Assembly (NCBI GenBank): GCA_030390025.1 | Contig: CM059432.1 | Location: 134,108,001 to 134,172,000, forward strand | Reading direction: 5' to 3' | DNA from: Squalus acanthias | Taxonomy: Eukaryota | Length of the DNA stretch: 64,000 bases | Part shown: positions 26,102 to 38,832 of the stretch, piece by piece | Numbering within the stretch: position 1 is the stretch's first letter | Layout of the letters: each line of letters starts with the position of its first letter | The notes under the pieces: model-generated | Told to the model about the DNA's origin: nothing | Databases searched by the model: none | Seen by the model: the letters and a program-made list of their open reading frames with translations, nothing else | Translations under genes and position numbers: made by a program

Positions 26102-27262
26102 ATGGGGGCTGCAATGATTGGGGGCGTCGTCCTGCTCCAGCTCAATCGGAGGAGAGTGAGACGCAGACAGAGAGTGGCAATGATGGCCAGACGGAGGAGG
26201 CCCATCAGGCGCATGTACAGGAGAGCTTACCCTCCCAGGGTATATCGTGAACAGCTCTCCTACATCCACATGTCCGAGGAGCTGTGTTTGCGAAGGCTGC
26301 GATTCAGCAAGGAGGTGGTCACTGAGCTCTGCCACCTGCTGCAGCCAGATCTGCAGCCTCAGCTGAGGTCCAGGACGTCTCTGTCGGTGGCAGTGAAGGT
26401 CACAGTGGCTTTGAACTTCTACGCCACTGGCTCATTCCAAGCTGCTGTTGGGGACCTCGCCAATATCTCCCAGTTTGCGGTGCATCGCTGCATCCGGCAG
26501 GTCACCAAAGCCCTCTTCACAAGGAGACGAGACTTCATCTCCTTCCCTATGACCCCAGACAAGCAGCATGACCGTGCTATGGGCTTTGCGAGGGTAGCGG
26601 GCTTCCCCATGGTGCAGGGCGCCATTGACTGCACGCATGTGGCTTTGCGTGCTCCGCGAGAGAATGCAGAGGAGTTCCGGAACAGAAAGGGGTTCCATTC
26701 CTTGAATGTTCAGTTGGTCTGTGACCACAGACAGGTGATTCTCGCTGTCAATGCCCACTATCCAGGCAGCTGCCACGATGCTTTCATCCTGCGCCAGAGT
26801 ACTGTGGCAGAAATTTTCGAGGCACCGCATCAGCCAGTTGGTTGGCTTCTGGGGGACAAGGGGTACGCATTGAGCACCTGGCTGATGACACCGCTCCGTG
26901 CGCCAAACACCCCTGCTGAGCTGCGGTACCAGGAAAGCCAACAAGCAACGAGGAACATTATTGAGCGCACAATCGGCGTGCTCAAACAACGATTCCGCTG
27001 TCTGGACCATTCCGGAGGAGCCCTGCAGTACTCGCCTGAGCAAGTTTCCAAATTCGTAGTGGTGTGCTGCATGTTGCACAACATGGCAATCCTCAGGACG
27101 CAGCCAATGCCACCAGGCCTTGCAGCACCACAAGAGGAGGAGGAGAAAGAGGAGGAACAGGCCGAGGACGATGATCAGCAGCAGCACCAAGGCAGGAGGG
27201 CAGCCCACAATGGTCAAACTGCAAGGGCCGTCCGTCAACGACTAATAGCAAGCCGCTTCTAG
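26102..27262 (+). CDS. Harbinger DDE transposase (HARBI1-like), 386 aa, intact
   Basis: Uninterrupted ORF with [61 protein letters not shown] and CCMLHN motifs. Confidence 0.95.
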   Translation: MGAAMIGGVVLLQLNRRRVRRRQRVAMMARRRRPIRRMYRRAYPPRVYREQLSYIHMSEELCLRRLRFSKEVVTELCHLLQPDLQPQLRSRTSLSVAVKVTVALNFYATGSFQAAVGDLANISQFAVHRCIRQVTKALFTRRRDFISFPMTPDKQHDRAMGFARVAGFPMVQGAIDCTHVALRAPRENAEEFRNRKGFHSLNVQLVCDHRQVILAVNAHYPGSCHDAFILRQSTVAEIFEAPHQPVGWLLGDKGYALSTWLMTPLRAPNTPAELRYQESQQATRNIIERTIGVLKQRFRCLDHSGGALQYSPEQVSKFVVVCCMLHNMAILRTQPMPPGLAAPQEEEEKEEEQAEDDDQQQHQGRRAAHNGQTARAVRQRLIASRF

Positions 27263-27556
27263 GGCCCCTGCCAGTGCTACAAACACGAATCAACCCAGCA
27301 CGCAACCCCTAAGCCGGCCAAGGCACCAATAATTCCAACCACCAGCCATGTATATTTTGAATACAGAAACTTATTTATTGTACAAACTCTGTGTGTGTCA
27401 ATTCCTCATGACAAACTCATAGAAATAAACACAAAAAAACAGTCAATAACATAACTGGTTCTCACAACCTGGAGATAATGTCCAAAACACTAAACAAAAG
27501 TTGGGCCATGAACCTCGGCCTTTAATAAAAAAATGACCATCATTTTGGCACACCTC

Positions 27557-29390
27557 CTACTTTTTGCCCTTCGAGGGTGATCTCCTTCCCTTGCGCACTT
27601 CCCCCCTTCTAACCCTACTGCTCCTCCGTAATGGGACCTCAGTGGCTGCAGCAAGGCTGGTGGAAGGCTGCTGCTTGTCAGACCCTGACACTGCAGATGC
27701 CCCTGAAGGACGGCCTCGACCACTTCTGGGCCTGGAGGGCCCGGCTGCAGACTGCACCAACTCTGCATGGGCGGCAGCAGTCTGTCCTACAGGCGGTGGC
27801 AAGTGCAGTGGAGAAGTGACAGTGTTGGCAGCAGGAATGCTGTCATCGTGAGAGAGGACAGCAACTCCCTGCTCGCCCGACACACTGGCACTCCCACGGG
27901 GCAGCACTTCAGCATCCGGAGCAATTTGCCGGAGAACAGATTGCTGGCCTGCTGCGGCACGGTGACAGCCCCGGGGACATGTGCACGAACCATCGAGGAT
28001 GGCAGCAGTCAGTGCTCGCGTGGCCTCAATCTGAGTCTGCATGAGAGCAGGCTCAGATGGGTTCCTGGCAGCCAGTGACTGAATTGCAGCAGTAAGCTTT
28101 AGTGTGGCATCCGCCTGTGCTACAGCGAAGTGCTCCACACTCCTTGCCAGTGCCTCAATGCATTCGGGCACCCTTCCCACTGCACCCATGAGCTCAGTGT
28201 GCATGACCACCGCCTGGCTGTTCATTTCTGCAATCAGCCGCTCCTCCTCTGCGTCCATTGCATTAGGAGTGTCTGGCATACTCTCCCTCTGGGGAGAAGG
28301 CTCCCGTTCTTCCCTCCCCCCCCATGGCGTTGCTGCAGCCCGCTGGGTCCTGGAACTTCACCATCATCAGCCCCTTCCCCCCTGCTCCCCTCCGGGGAAG
28401 GCGTGTTCCCAGTGTGGCCATGGGCTTCCTCGGGAGAGGGTGGCACTGATGCTCCGGCTTCCTCTTCCTCCTCAGCTGCAGCATCACTCCCAGTGGCAGC
28501 TTCAGGGACCATCTCCTCAGCTGGTGAATCACCATCTGAAAGCAGGGAGGTACAAGAGTGGCTTTAGCGTGAGGACAGGGTGGCAGTAAGGGAGGAATAA
28601 GTGCAGCGAGTTAGCAAGTTGGATTGAAAGTGTCAAAGGCTGGTATTGTGAGGGACAAGTGGAAGGACAGAGGACAAAAAGGTGATGACCTTACCATTGC
28701 TGTCCACAACGGGGTCGGCGTCTCCAGTGGCGACGGGACCGATCACCCGGCTTGCCACAATCCTGTGGACGCGCTCCTCCAGATCGCTGAGGGGTTGCAG
28801 CTGAAGCCGCCCTCCACCCGTCCGTTGCTGCTGTCTCCGATTATGAGCCAGCTTAGCCTGCAAGAAAAAGGACAGCATCTGAGTCAATATACAGCCATGG
28901 TCTTGCCTGATGTGCCTCCCATAGGTGAATAGCCCTTACAATATGCAGCCATGGTCTTGCCTGATGTGCCTCCCATAGGTGAATAGCCCTTACTGTATGC
29001 AAAGTGTGGAATGTGTGTGTGTGTTTGATGAAAGGGCCATAGGTGTTGCATGAGTGTTGTGCATTGGGGTTTTAAGACCCTCTGGCCATAGAGTGAGGTT
29101 GAGATGGAGGGATGGAGAGGTATTGAGAAAAAGCCACTCACCCTGACGACCCGAGTGAGGTCGTTGAACTTTTTGCGGCACTGGACATGGGTCCTGGGCA
29201 CCATGCTCCTGGAGGAGACGCTCTGAGCCACCTCCCTCCACACTCTTCTGAACTCGCGTGGCAAAGGCCTCCTGCCACTCTCCGGGAACAGCATGCATCG
29301 TCTGCGCTCCACTGCGTCAACCAGAGCATCCAAGGCCCGCTCGGTGAAGCGATGAGCGCGTTCTCTCACCCTCTCCATGCTTGGCAGCAA
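27557..29390 (-). CDS. Harbinger Myb/SANT-like protein, 3 exons (29390-29142, 28857-28695, 28535-27557), about 460 aa; one frameshift in a G8 run
   Basis: Exon 1 has RERAHRF...W.EVA..VS....RTHVQCRKKFNDL; GT-AG introns in phases 0 and 1, as in element B; exon 3 reads through if the C-run at 28316-28323 is 9 nt rather than 8; basic C-terminus. Confidence 0.8.
28885..28993. repeat. 54-bp tandem duplication in Myb intron 1
   Basis: CAATAT(A/G)CAGCCATGGTCTTGCCTGATGTGCCTCCCATAGGTGAATAGCCCTTA twice, one mismatch. Confidence 0.9.
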
Positions 29391-29741
29391 AATGGATTAC
29401 AGGTCTCTCCAGGCTGAGATTCAAGGCTGCAATGAGCAGGGTGTGGCTGGGGAGCAAGTGGCCCCCCCCGCTTTAAGAAGTGTCCGGCGCCAGTGTGTCT
29501 GTGTTCCCTCGCTAACTGGCAGCAGCTGCGCTGCGCTCGTGCGCTGAGTTAGCGCCTCACTCCTAGGCCTTTGCGCCTTAAGAGAGGTGTGCAGCGCCTA
29601 ATTTAGCGCTCCACTCACCTCCCAGGGCGGTAAAAGTGAAGTTTCCTGTCAGTGCCGATAATTAGCGCCAGGCGCTAATATTTGCGCGCGGACGATATTT
29701 GCGCCCCAAATGGGGCGCGACCTAATTTCTACCCCATAGAG

Positions 29742-32660
29742 TTATACAGCACAGAAAGAGGCCCTTCGGCCCATCGTGTCCGCGCCGGCCATCAAGCCCT
29801 GTCTATTCTTATCCCATTTTCCAGCACTTGGTCCGTAGCCTTGTATGCTATGGCGTTTCAAGTGCTCATCTAAATGCTTCTTGAATGTTGTGAGGGTTCC
29901 TGCCTCTACCACCCTTTCAGGCAGTGAGTTCCAGATTCCAACCACCCTCTGGGTGAAAAAGTTTTTCCTCAAATCCCCTCTAAACGTCCTGCCCTTTACC
30001 TTGAAACTATGCCCCCTGGTTATTGACCCCTCTACTAAGGGGAAAAGTTCCTTTCTATCTACCCTATCTATGCCCCTCATAATTTTGTACACCTCAATCA
30101 GGTCCCCCCTCAGCCTTCTCTGCTCTAAGGAAAACAACCCCAGCCTGTCCAGTCTCTCTTCATAGCTGAATCTCCTCTGCACCCTCTCCAATTCAATCAC
30201 ATCCTTCCTATAGTGTGGCGACCAGAACTGCACACAGTATTCCAGCTGTGTCCTAACTAGCGTTTTGTACAGCTCCATCATAACCTCCCTGCTCTTATAT
30301 TCTATGCCTCAGCTAATGAAGGCAAGTATCCCATATGCCTTTTAACCACCTTATCTACCTGTCCTGCTGCCTTCAGGGATCTCTGTACATGCACACCAAG
30401 GTCCCTCTGATCCTCTGTCCTTCCTAGGGTCCTACCATTCATTGTGTATACCCTTGCCTTTTCAGGGTTAAATTCCATTTGCCACTGTTCTGCCCATCTG
30501 ACCAACTCGTCTATATCGTCCTGTAGCCTGAGGCTTCCCTCCTCGCTATTTACCACCCCACCAATTTTCGTGTCATCTGCGAACTTACTGATCATACCTC
30601 CTACATTCATATCTAAATCATTAATGTACACTACAAACAGCAAAGGACCCAGCACCGATCCCTGCAGTACACCACTGGACACAGTCACAAAAACAACCTA
30701 CGACCATCACCCTCTGCCTCCTGCCACTAAGCCAATTTTGGAACCAATGTGCCAAGTTGCCCTGGATCCCATGGGCTCTTACCTTCTTGACCAGTCTCCC
30801 ATGCAGGACTTTGTCAAAAGCCTTACTGAAGTCCATGTAGACCACATCAACTGCACTACCCTCATCCACACACCTAGTCACCCCCTCGAAAAATTCAATC
30901 AAATTTGTCAGACATGATCTCCCCCTGACAAAGCCATGCTGACTATCCTTGATTAATCCTTGCCTCTCCAAGTGGAGACTAATTTTGTCCCTCATAATTT
31001 TTTCCAATAATTTCCCTGCCACTGATGTTAGGCTCACTGGCCTGTAATTCCCTAGTTTATCCCTACTACCCTTCTTGAATAATGGTACTACGTTAGCTGT
31101 TCTCCAGTCCTCTGGCACCTCCCCTGTGACCAGAGAGGTTCTGAAAATTTGTGTCAGAGCCCCTGCAATCTCTTCCCTTGCCTCACACAGCAGCCTGAGA
31201 TACATCTCGTCTGGGCCTGGGGAATTATCCACTTTTAAGCCCGCTAAAACCGTTAGTACCTCCTCCCTCTCAATACTAATTTGTTCAAGTATATCACAAT
31301 CCCCCTGCTTGATTTCTATGCCTACATCGTCCTTCTCCATAGTGAACACAGATGCAAAATATTCATTTAAAACCCCACCTACATCTTTTGGCTCTACACA
31401 CAGATTGCCACTTTGGTCCCTAAAGGACCCTACTCTTTCCCTGGTTATCCTCTTGCCCTTAATATACTTTTCAAACACCTTGGGATTTTCCTTTATTTTG
31501 CCCGCAAGTGTTATTTCATGCCCCCTCTTCGCTCTCCTAATTTCTTTTTTAAGTACCCTCCTGCACTTTCTATACTCCTCTAGGGCTTCCACTGTTTTTA
31601 GTCCTTTGTATCTGCCAAAAGCCTCCCTTTTTTTCCTAATCCATTCTCGTATATCCCTTGACATCCAGGGTTCCTTGGGCTTGTTGGTCCCACCCTTGAC
31701 CTTTACGGGAACATGTTGCCGTTGTACTCTCTCTATTTCCTTTCTGAAAGACTCCCACTGCTCTGATGTGGATTTTCCTACAAGTAGCTGATCCCAGTCC
31801 ACTTTAGCCAGATCCTGCCTTATCATATTAAAATCGGCCTTCCCCCAATTTAGAACCTTTATTTACGGTCAATCTTTGTCCTTTTCCATGACTACCTTAA
31901 ATCTCACCGAATTATGGTCACTGTCACCAAAATGCTCTCCTACAAACACTTCTACCACTTGCCCGGCTACATTCCCTAGAATTAGGCCCAGTACCACCCC
32001 CTCTCTTGTAGGACTTTCTACATGCTGGCTCAAAAAGCTCTCCTGGATGCACTTTAAGAATTCTGCACCCTCTAAGCCTTTCACACTCTGACTATCCCAG
32101 TTAATATTGGGGAAGTTGAAATCCCCTACTATTATTACCCTATTATTTCTACACTTCTCTGAGATTTGCCTACATATCTGTTCCTCTATCTCCCCCTGAC
32201 TGTTTGGGGGCCGATAGTACACTCCCAGCAAAGTGCTTGCCCCCTTTTTGTTTTTAAGTTCTACCCATATGGCCTCACTAGAGGAACCTGCTAGGATATC
32301 ATCCCTCCTTACAGCAGTAATTGACTCCTTGATTAATATTGCGACACCCCCTCCTCTTTTACACCCCCCTCTGTCTTGCCTGAAGATTCTATACCCCGGA
32401 ATATTGAGCTGCCAGTCCTGCCCCTCCCTCAACCATGTCTCTGTGATAGCAACAATATCATACTCCCATGTGTTCATCAACACCTTCAATTCATCTGCCT
32501 TACTCGCAAGACTCCTTGCATTAAAATAAATGCCATCCAGCCTTGCCATACTCCCTTGTGCCGTTATATATTTGCTCTGCCTTCCAGGCTGACTTGTTTT
32601 TTCCTCTATATTTGGCTGTGCATCACCCCCTACTATAACTCCACTCCGTATCCCATCCCC
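29742..32660 (-). pseudogene. CR1 #2 ORF2 (APE-RT), frameshifted with small deletions
   Basis: Pieces 31869-32717 (APE), 30621-31826 and 30302-30688 (RT, FADD), and 29742-30281. Confidence 0.92.
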
Positions 32661-32668
32661 CTGCCAAG

Positions 32669-34400
32669 TTAGTTTAAACCCCCCCCCCCCCAAAAGTACG
32701 AGCAAACCTCCCCGCAAGGATGTTGGTCCCTTTCCGGTTCAGTTGCAACCCGTCCGACTTGCACAGGTCCCACCTTCCCCAGAAGCAGACCCAGTGATCC
32801 AGGAAACTAAAGCCCTCCATCCTTTACCAAATCTTTAGCCACGCATTCATCTGCTCTATCCTCCTATTCCTATACTCACTAGCACGTGGCACCGGGAGAA
32901 ATCCAGAGATTACAACCTTTGAGGTCCTGCTTTTTAATCTGCTACCTAGCTCCCTAAATTCTTGTTGCAGGACCTCATCCCTCTTTCTACCCATGTCGTT
33001 GGTACCAATGTGAACCATGACCTCTGACTGTTCGCCCTCCCCCTTCAGAATGCCCTGCAGCCGTTCAGTGACATCCTTGACCCTGGCAGCAGGGAGGCAA
33101 CATACCATCCTGGAGTCACGTCTGCGGCCACAGAAACGTCTGTCTGTTCCCCTTATGATATAATCCCTTATCACTATTGCTCTCCCACTCTTTTTCCTCC
33201 CCTCCTGTGCAGCTGAGCCACTCGTAGTGCCACGGACTTGGCTCTTGCTGCATTCCCCTGAGAAACCATTTCCCCCATCAGTATCCCAAATGGAAAATCT
33301 GTCGGAGAGGGAGATGGACCCAGGGGACTTCTGCACTACCTTCCTAGTTATTTTACTCTGTCTGGTGGTCACCCATTCCCTGTCTGCCTGTGCACTCTTT
33401 ACCTGCAGTGTGACCACCTTGTTAAACGTGCTATCCACGAAGATCTCAGCTTCGCGGATGCTCCACAGAGACTCCAGCCGCAGCGCCAGCTCCGAAACGC
33501 AGATTTTGAGTAGCTGCAGCTGGAGACACTTCCTGCATATGTGTTCGCCCTGGACACCTAGGGGTAAAAATTGAGTCGCGCCCCATTTGGGGCGCTAACC
33601 TCGCCGGGGCGCGACTTTTAGCGCCCCGAAAAAATTAGCGGCCCCGCGCCGGAACTTCAGTGGTTGCGCCCCAAGAGGGAAGCGGGGCGCAACTGGAAGC
33701 ACCCCGCATCCCTCTTGGGGCGCTGCGAGTGAATATCCTGGCGCTACGTGCCGCAGCGCCACGCGCTGCGGCACGTCGCGCCGCGGTATTGCAGGCCTTC
33801 CTCCCCTTCTTAAAGGGGAGGGGCCTTGCGCAGCGCGAACCGGGGCCCAGCTGGGCTCCCAGGGATCGGGAGTGCCGGCAAAAGAGCCCGGCACTCAAGA
33901 GAAGTGCCGGGCTCTTGGAGCGCAGCCGGCACTTCACGGTGGGGGGGCTTCACGGGGGCCGGGGACAGCAACGGGGGCAGGTGCTGGCAGGCGGCCAGCA
34001 ACAAAAATGGCCGCCTGCCACCTCCCCTTTAAATATCGCCACCCCGGCCGCACGTACGCCCCCCTGAACCCGTCGGACATAGCGTCTGGCAGTAAATCAG
34101 GGGGCGCGACTGAAGATCACGGCCGGGGCGCGAGCGGGGCGCTGCGCACGGCGATGACGTCATCGCCGGCGGCGCAGCGCCACAGGGCGCTACCGGCTGC
34201 CGCCGCCGCTAACCTCCCACTAAATTTTTCGGGAGGCGTGGGCGGCGCTGCGCCCGGGCGTTAGCTGCTTTACGCCCCATTAGCGCCCATTTAAGGCGCT
34301 AACGGGAGGCGCAAGCAGCTGAATTTTTCCCCCCTAAACTGTCCCTGACTTCCAACATAGCACAGGAGGAGCACTCCACGCTGCCGAGCTGCCCTGCCAT
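32669..34400 (-). pseudogene. CR1 #2 ORF1 (CxxC...CxxC zinc finger, leucine zipper, SGNH esterase), MITE-interrupted
   Basis: ATG at 34400 (MAGQLGSVECSSC...); removing the MITE and one TSD restores the frame to HICRKCLQLQLL...; HIGTND motif; premature stop at 32824. Confidence 0.88.
33561..34333. mobile_element. 773-bp GC-rich Harbinger MITE (family Z) sharing ends with element E
   Basis: TIR GGGGTAAAAATTGAG / GGGGGAAAAATTCAG, TSD CTA; CGCCCCATTTGGGGCG and TAAGGCGCTAACGGGAGGCGCA ends as in E and family Y; different interior. Confidence 0.92.
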
Positions 34401-34823
34401 GTCCTACCCTTAATTTACTCCCTTTAAATTAAAGAATATTAAATACACTAGGAACTATACTTCCCTTTAAACACTACTTACTCTAAACTAGAGACCTTAC
34501 TTTTACTTTAATGACTGGAATGTAGAAATACTGTAGAAATACTCAGCGCTGGTTCTCTGTCCCCTCTTGTGCAGCTTTTTAACTCCTGCTCTCCTGGAAG
34601 CTGACAAAGATGGAAAAAGAAAGGAACACCTCCCTCCCCGAACTCCCTCACTCACCAAACTCGTAGCTTAACACTCTGTTCCGATATGCACTTGTTGTAT
34701 ATCTGTGCTAAATACCCATGTTGTATGTCTGTGTTAAATACCCATGTTGTATATCTGTGTTAAATACCCATGCTGTATATCTGTGTTAAATACCTATGTT
34801 GCATATCTGTGTTAAATACCAAT

Positions 34824-37099
34824 AGAAGCATAGAAGATAGGAGCAGGAGTAGGCCATTCGAACCCTCGAGCCTGCTCCGCCATTTAATGAGATCATGGCT
34901 GATCATCCAAATTCAGTACCCTGTCCCTGCTTTCTCCCCATATCCCTTGATCCCTTTAGCCTTAAGAAGTATATCTAACTACTTCTTGAATATATTTAAT
35001 GAATTGGCCTCAACTGCCTTCTGTGGTAGAGAATTCCATAGGTTCACCACTCTCTGGGTGAAGAAATTCCTCCTCATCTCAGTCCTAACTGGCTTCCCCT
35101 TATCCTTAGACTGTGACCTCTGGTTCTGGACTCCCCCGCCATCGGGAACATCCTTCCTGCATTTAGTCTGTCTAGTCCTGTTAGAATTTTATAAGTTTCA
35201 ATGAGATCCCCTCTCATTCTTCTAAATTCTAGCAAATATAAGCCCAATCGACCCAATCTCTCTTCATACGTCATTCCTGCCATCCCAGGTATCAGTCTGG
35301 TAAATCTTCGCTGCACTCCCTCCATGGCAAGAACAACCTTCCTCAGATAAGGTGACCAAAACTGCACACAATACTCAAGGTGTGGTCTCACCAAGGCCTT
35401 GTACAACTGCAGCAAGACATCCTTGCTCCTGTACTCGAATCCTCTCGCTATGAAGGCCAACATACCATTTGCCTTCTTAACTGCCTGCTGCACCTGCATG
35501 CTTACCTTCAGCGACTGGTGCACAAGGACTCCCAGATCTCGTTGCACTTCCTCTTTTCCCAATCTATTGCCGTTCAGATAATAATCTGTCTTCCTGTTTT
35601 TGCCACCAAAGTGGATAACCTCGCATTTATCCACATTATACTACATCTCCCATGCATCTGCCCAATCACCCAACCTGTCCAAATCATACTGGAGTTTCTC
35701 TGCATCCTCCTCACAGCACACACGCCCACCCAACTTTGTGTCGTCTGCAAACTTAGAGATATTACATCTAGTTCCCTCGTCTAGATCATTAATATATATT
35801 GTGAATAGCTGGGGCCCTAGCACCGATCCCTGTGGTACCCCACTAGTCACTGCCTGCCACTCAGAAAAAGACTCGTTTATTCCAACTCTTTGCTTCCTGT
35901 CTGCCAACCAGTTCTCTATCCAAATCAGTACCTTACCCCACAATCCCATGTGCTTTAACTTTGTACGCTAATCTCTTATGCGGGACCTTATCGAAAGCCT
36001 TCTGAAAGTCCAAATACACCACATCCACTGGTTCTCCCTTATCTATTCTACCAGTTACATCCACAAAAAATTCCAGTAGATTAGTCAGGCATGATTTACC
36101 TTTTGTAAATCCATGTTGACTTTGTCTGATCCTGTCACTGTTTTCCAAGTGCTCTGCTATTACATCTTTTATAATGGACTCTAGCATTTTGCCCACTACC
36201 GATGTCAGGCTTACCGGTCTATAATTCCCCGTTTTCTCTCTACCACCTTTTTTAAATAGTGGGGTTGCATTACCTACCCTCCAATCCATGGGAACTGTTC
36301 CAGAGTCTATAGAATTTTGAAAGATAACCAGCAATGCATCTACTATTTCTAGGGCCACTTCCTTAAGTACCCTAGGATGTAGATTATCAGGACCTGGGGA
36401 TTTATCGGCCTTCAATCCCGTCAATTTCCGTGACACCATTTCCTTACAAATACTGATTTCATTCAATTCCTCCCTCTCATTAGACCCTATGTTCCCCAAC
36501 ATCTCTGGGAGTTTATTTGTGTCCTCCTTTGTGAAGACAGACTCAAAGTATGTATTTAATTGGTCAGCCATTTCTTTGTTCCCCATTATAAATTCCCCTG
36601 ATTCTGACTGCAAGGGACCTACACTTGACTTCACCAATCTTTTTCTCTTCACATATCTATAGAAGCTTTTACAGTCAGTTTTTATGTTCCCTGCAAGCTT
36701 ACTCTCATATTCTATTTTCCCCCTCTTAATTAATCCCTTTGTCCTCCTTTGCTGAATCCTAAACTGCTCCCAATCCTCAGGTTTGCTGCTTGTTCTGGCC
36801 AATTTATATGTTCTCCCCTTGGATCTTATGCTATCCCTAATTTCCCTTGTTAGCCACGGTTGAGTCACATTTTTTGTTGTATTTTTATGCCAAACAGGGA
36901 TGAACAAATTCTGTAGTTCATCCATGTGATCTTTAAATGTTTGCCATTGCCCTTCCACCGTCAACCCTTTAAGTAACACTCCCCAATCAATCCTAGCCAA
37001 CTCGCGCCTCATACCATCATAGTTTCCTTTATTTAAATTCAGGACCCTAGTCTCTGAGTCAACTACTTCACCCTCCATCTTAATGAAGAATTCTATCAT
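34824..37099 (-). mobile_element. CR1 LINE #3, 5'-truncated (RT region of ORF2 and 3' UTR)
   Basis: ORF pieces 35933-37099, 35641-35949 ([14 protein letters not shown]) and 35074-35634; CATAGAAG-type tail at 34824. Confidence 0.95.
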
Positions 37100-38832
37100 A
37101 TGTTGTATATCTGTGTTAAATACCCATGTTGTGTATCTATGTTAATTAACAATGCTGTATATTTGTGTTAATTGCATTTGTTGTATATCTCTGTTAAATT
37201 TCCATTATGTATATCTGTGTTAAATGCAGTTGTTGTATATCTGTGTTATATTTCCATGCTGTATATCTGTGTTAAATACCGATGTTAGATATCTGTGTTA
37301 ATGCTCTTGTTGTACATCTGTGTTAAATCCCCATGCTGTATATTTGTGTTATATAAACTTGCTGTATATCTGTGTTAAATACCCAAGTTGTATATCTATG
37401 TTAAATACACATGCTCTATATCTGTGTTAAATTCAGATGTTGTATATCTGTGTTAAATACCAATGTTGTATATCTGTTTTTAATGCTCTTGTTGTATATC
37501 TGTGTTAAATACCAATGTTGTATATCTGTGTTAAATAAACTTGTTGTTTTTCTTTGTTAAATACAGTTGTATATCTGTATTAAATACATTTATTGTATAT
37601 CTGTGATAAAGAAACTTGTTGTACATCTGTGTTAAATGCACTTTCTGTATATCTGTGTTAAATACCCAAGTTGTATATCTGTGTTAAATACCCCTGTTGT
37701 ATATCTGTGTTCAATGCAATTGTTGTATATCAGAGTTAAATATTCCTGCTGTATATCTGTGTTCAATGAAATTGTTGTATATCTGTGTTAAATGACCATG
37801 TTGTATATCTGTGTTAAATGCAATTGCTGGATATCTTTGTTGAAACCCAATTTTGTATATCTGTGTTAAATACCCATGTTGTGTATCTATTTTAAATAAC
37901 AATGCTGGATATTTGTGTTGAATGCACTTGTTGTATATCTGTGTTAAATAATCCTGTTGTATATCTGTGTTAAATACACATGCTCTATATCTGTGTTAAA
38001 TACCCATGTTGTGTATCTATGTTCAATAACAATGCTGGATATTTGTGTTAAATGCACTTGTTGTATATCTGTGTTAAATGCACTTGCTGTATATCTGTGT
38101 TAAATACCCAAGTTGTATATCTGTGTTAAATACCCATGTTGTATATCTGTGTTCAATGCAATTGTTGTATATCTGTATTAAATGCCACTGTTGTATATCT
38201 GTGTTAAATGCCCATGTTGTATATCTGTGTCAAAGGCAATTGCTGGATATCTTTGTTAAATTCCAATTTTGTATATCTGTGTTAAATACCCATGCTGTAT
38301 ATCTGTGTTAAATACCCATGCTGTATATCTGTGTTAAATACCAATGCTGTATATCTGTGTTAAATACCCATGATGTATATCGATGTTAAATACCCATGCT
38401 TTATATCTGGGTTAAATGAACTTGTTTTATTTCTGTGTTAAATACCAATATTGTATATCTATGTTATATGCTGTATATATATGTAAAATACCCATGCTGT
38501 ACATCTGTGTCAAATACCCATGTTTTATATCTGTGTTAAATAAAGTTGTTGTATATCTGTGTTAAATACACTTGCTGTATATCTGTGTAAATACACTTGA
38601 TATATATCTGTGTTAAATACCCATGTTGTATACCTGTGTTTAATACCAATGCTCTATATCTGTGTTAAATGCAATTGCTGTATATCTGTGCTAACTTCCC
38701 ACGATGTATATCTATGTTAAATACCCATGCTGTATACCGGTGTTAAATGCATTTGTTCTTTATCTGTGTTAAATACCCATGCTGGATATCTGCCTTAAAT
38801 AACCATGCTGTATATCTGTGTTAAATGCACTT
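37100..38832. repeat. 26-bp satellite block (more diverged units)
   Basis: Same unit with more substitutions. Confidence 0.95.

Larger units (their letters stand above)
25590..29735. mobile_element. PIF/Harbinger transposon E (4,146 bp), candidate autonomous element
   Basis: TIRs GGGGTAAAAATT / GGGGTAGAAATT, TSD ATA, intact transposase on + and convergent 3-exon Myb gene on -, many subterminal TTAGCGCC/GGCGCTAA/GGGGCGC motifs. Confidence 0.96.
25581..34685 (-). mobile_element. CR1 LINE #2, full or near full length, with two nested Harbinger insertions
   Basis: 8-bp TSD ATGCACTT (25573-25580; 34686-34693); ATAGAGTC-type tail split by Harbinger E; ORF1, ORF2 and a 5' UTR present. Confidence 0.95.

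Noticed and set aside
26102..27262. Host domesticated HARBI1 or NAIF1/MSANTD gene
   Set aside because: The ORF lies between TIRs with a TSD inside a LINE tail, so it is a transposon gene; no symbol assigned.
26432..31791. Long antisense ORFs (26432-27238, 31075-31791)
   Set aside because: They are shadow frames opposite the transposase and RT coding sequences with no recognisable domains.
33595..34264. Overlapping Ala/Arg/Gly-rich ORFs and a CpG-island-like host promoter
   Set aside because: All lie inside a GC-rich MITE whose removal restores CR1 ORF1.
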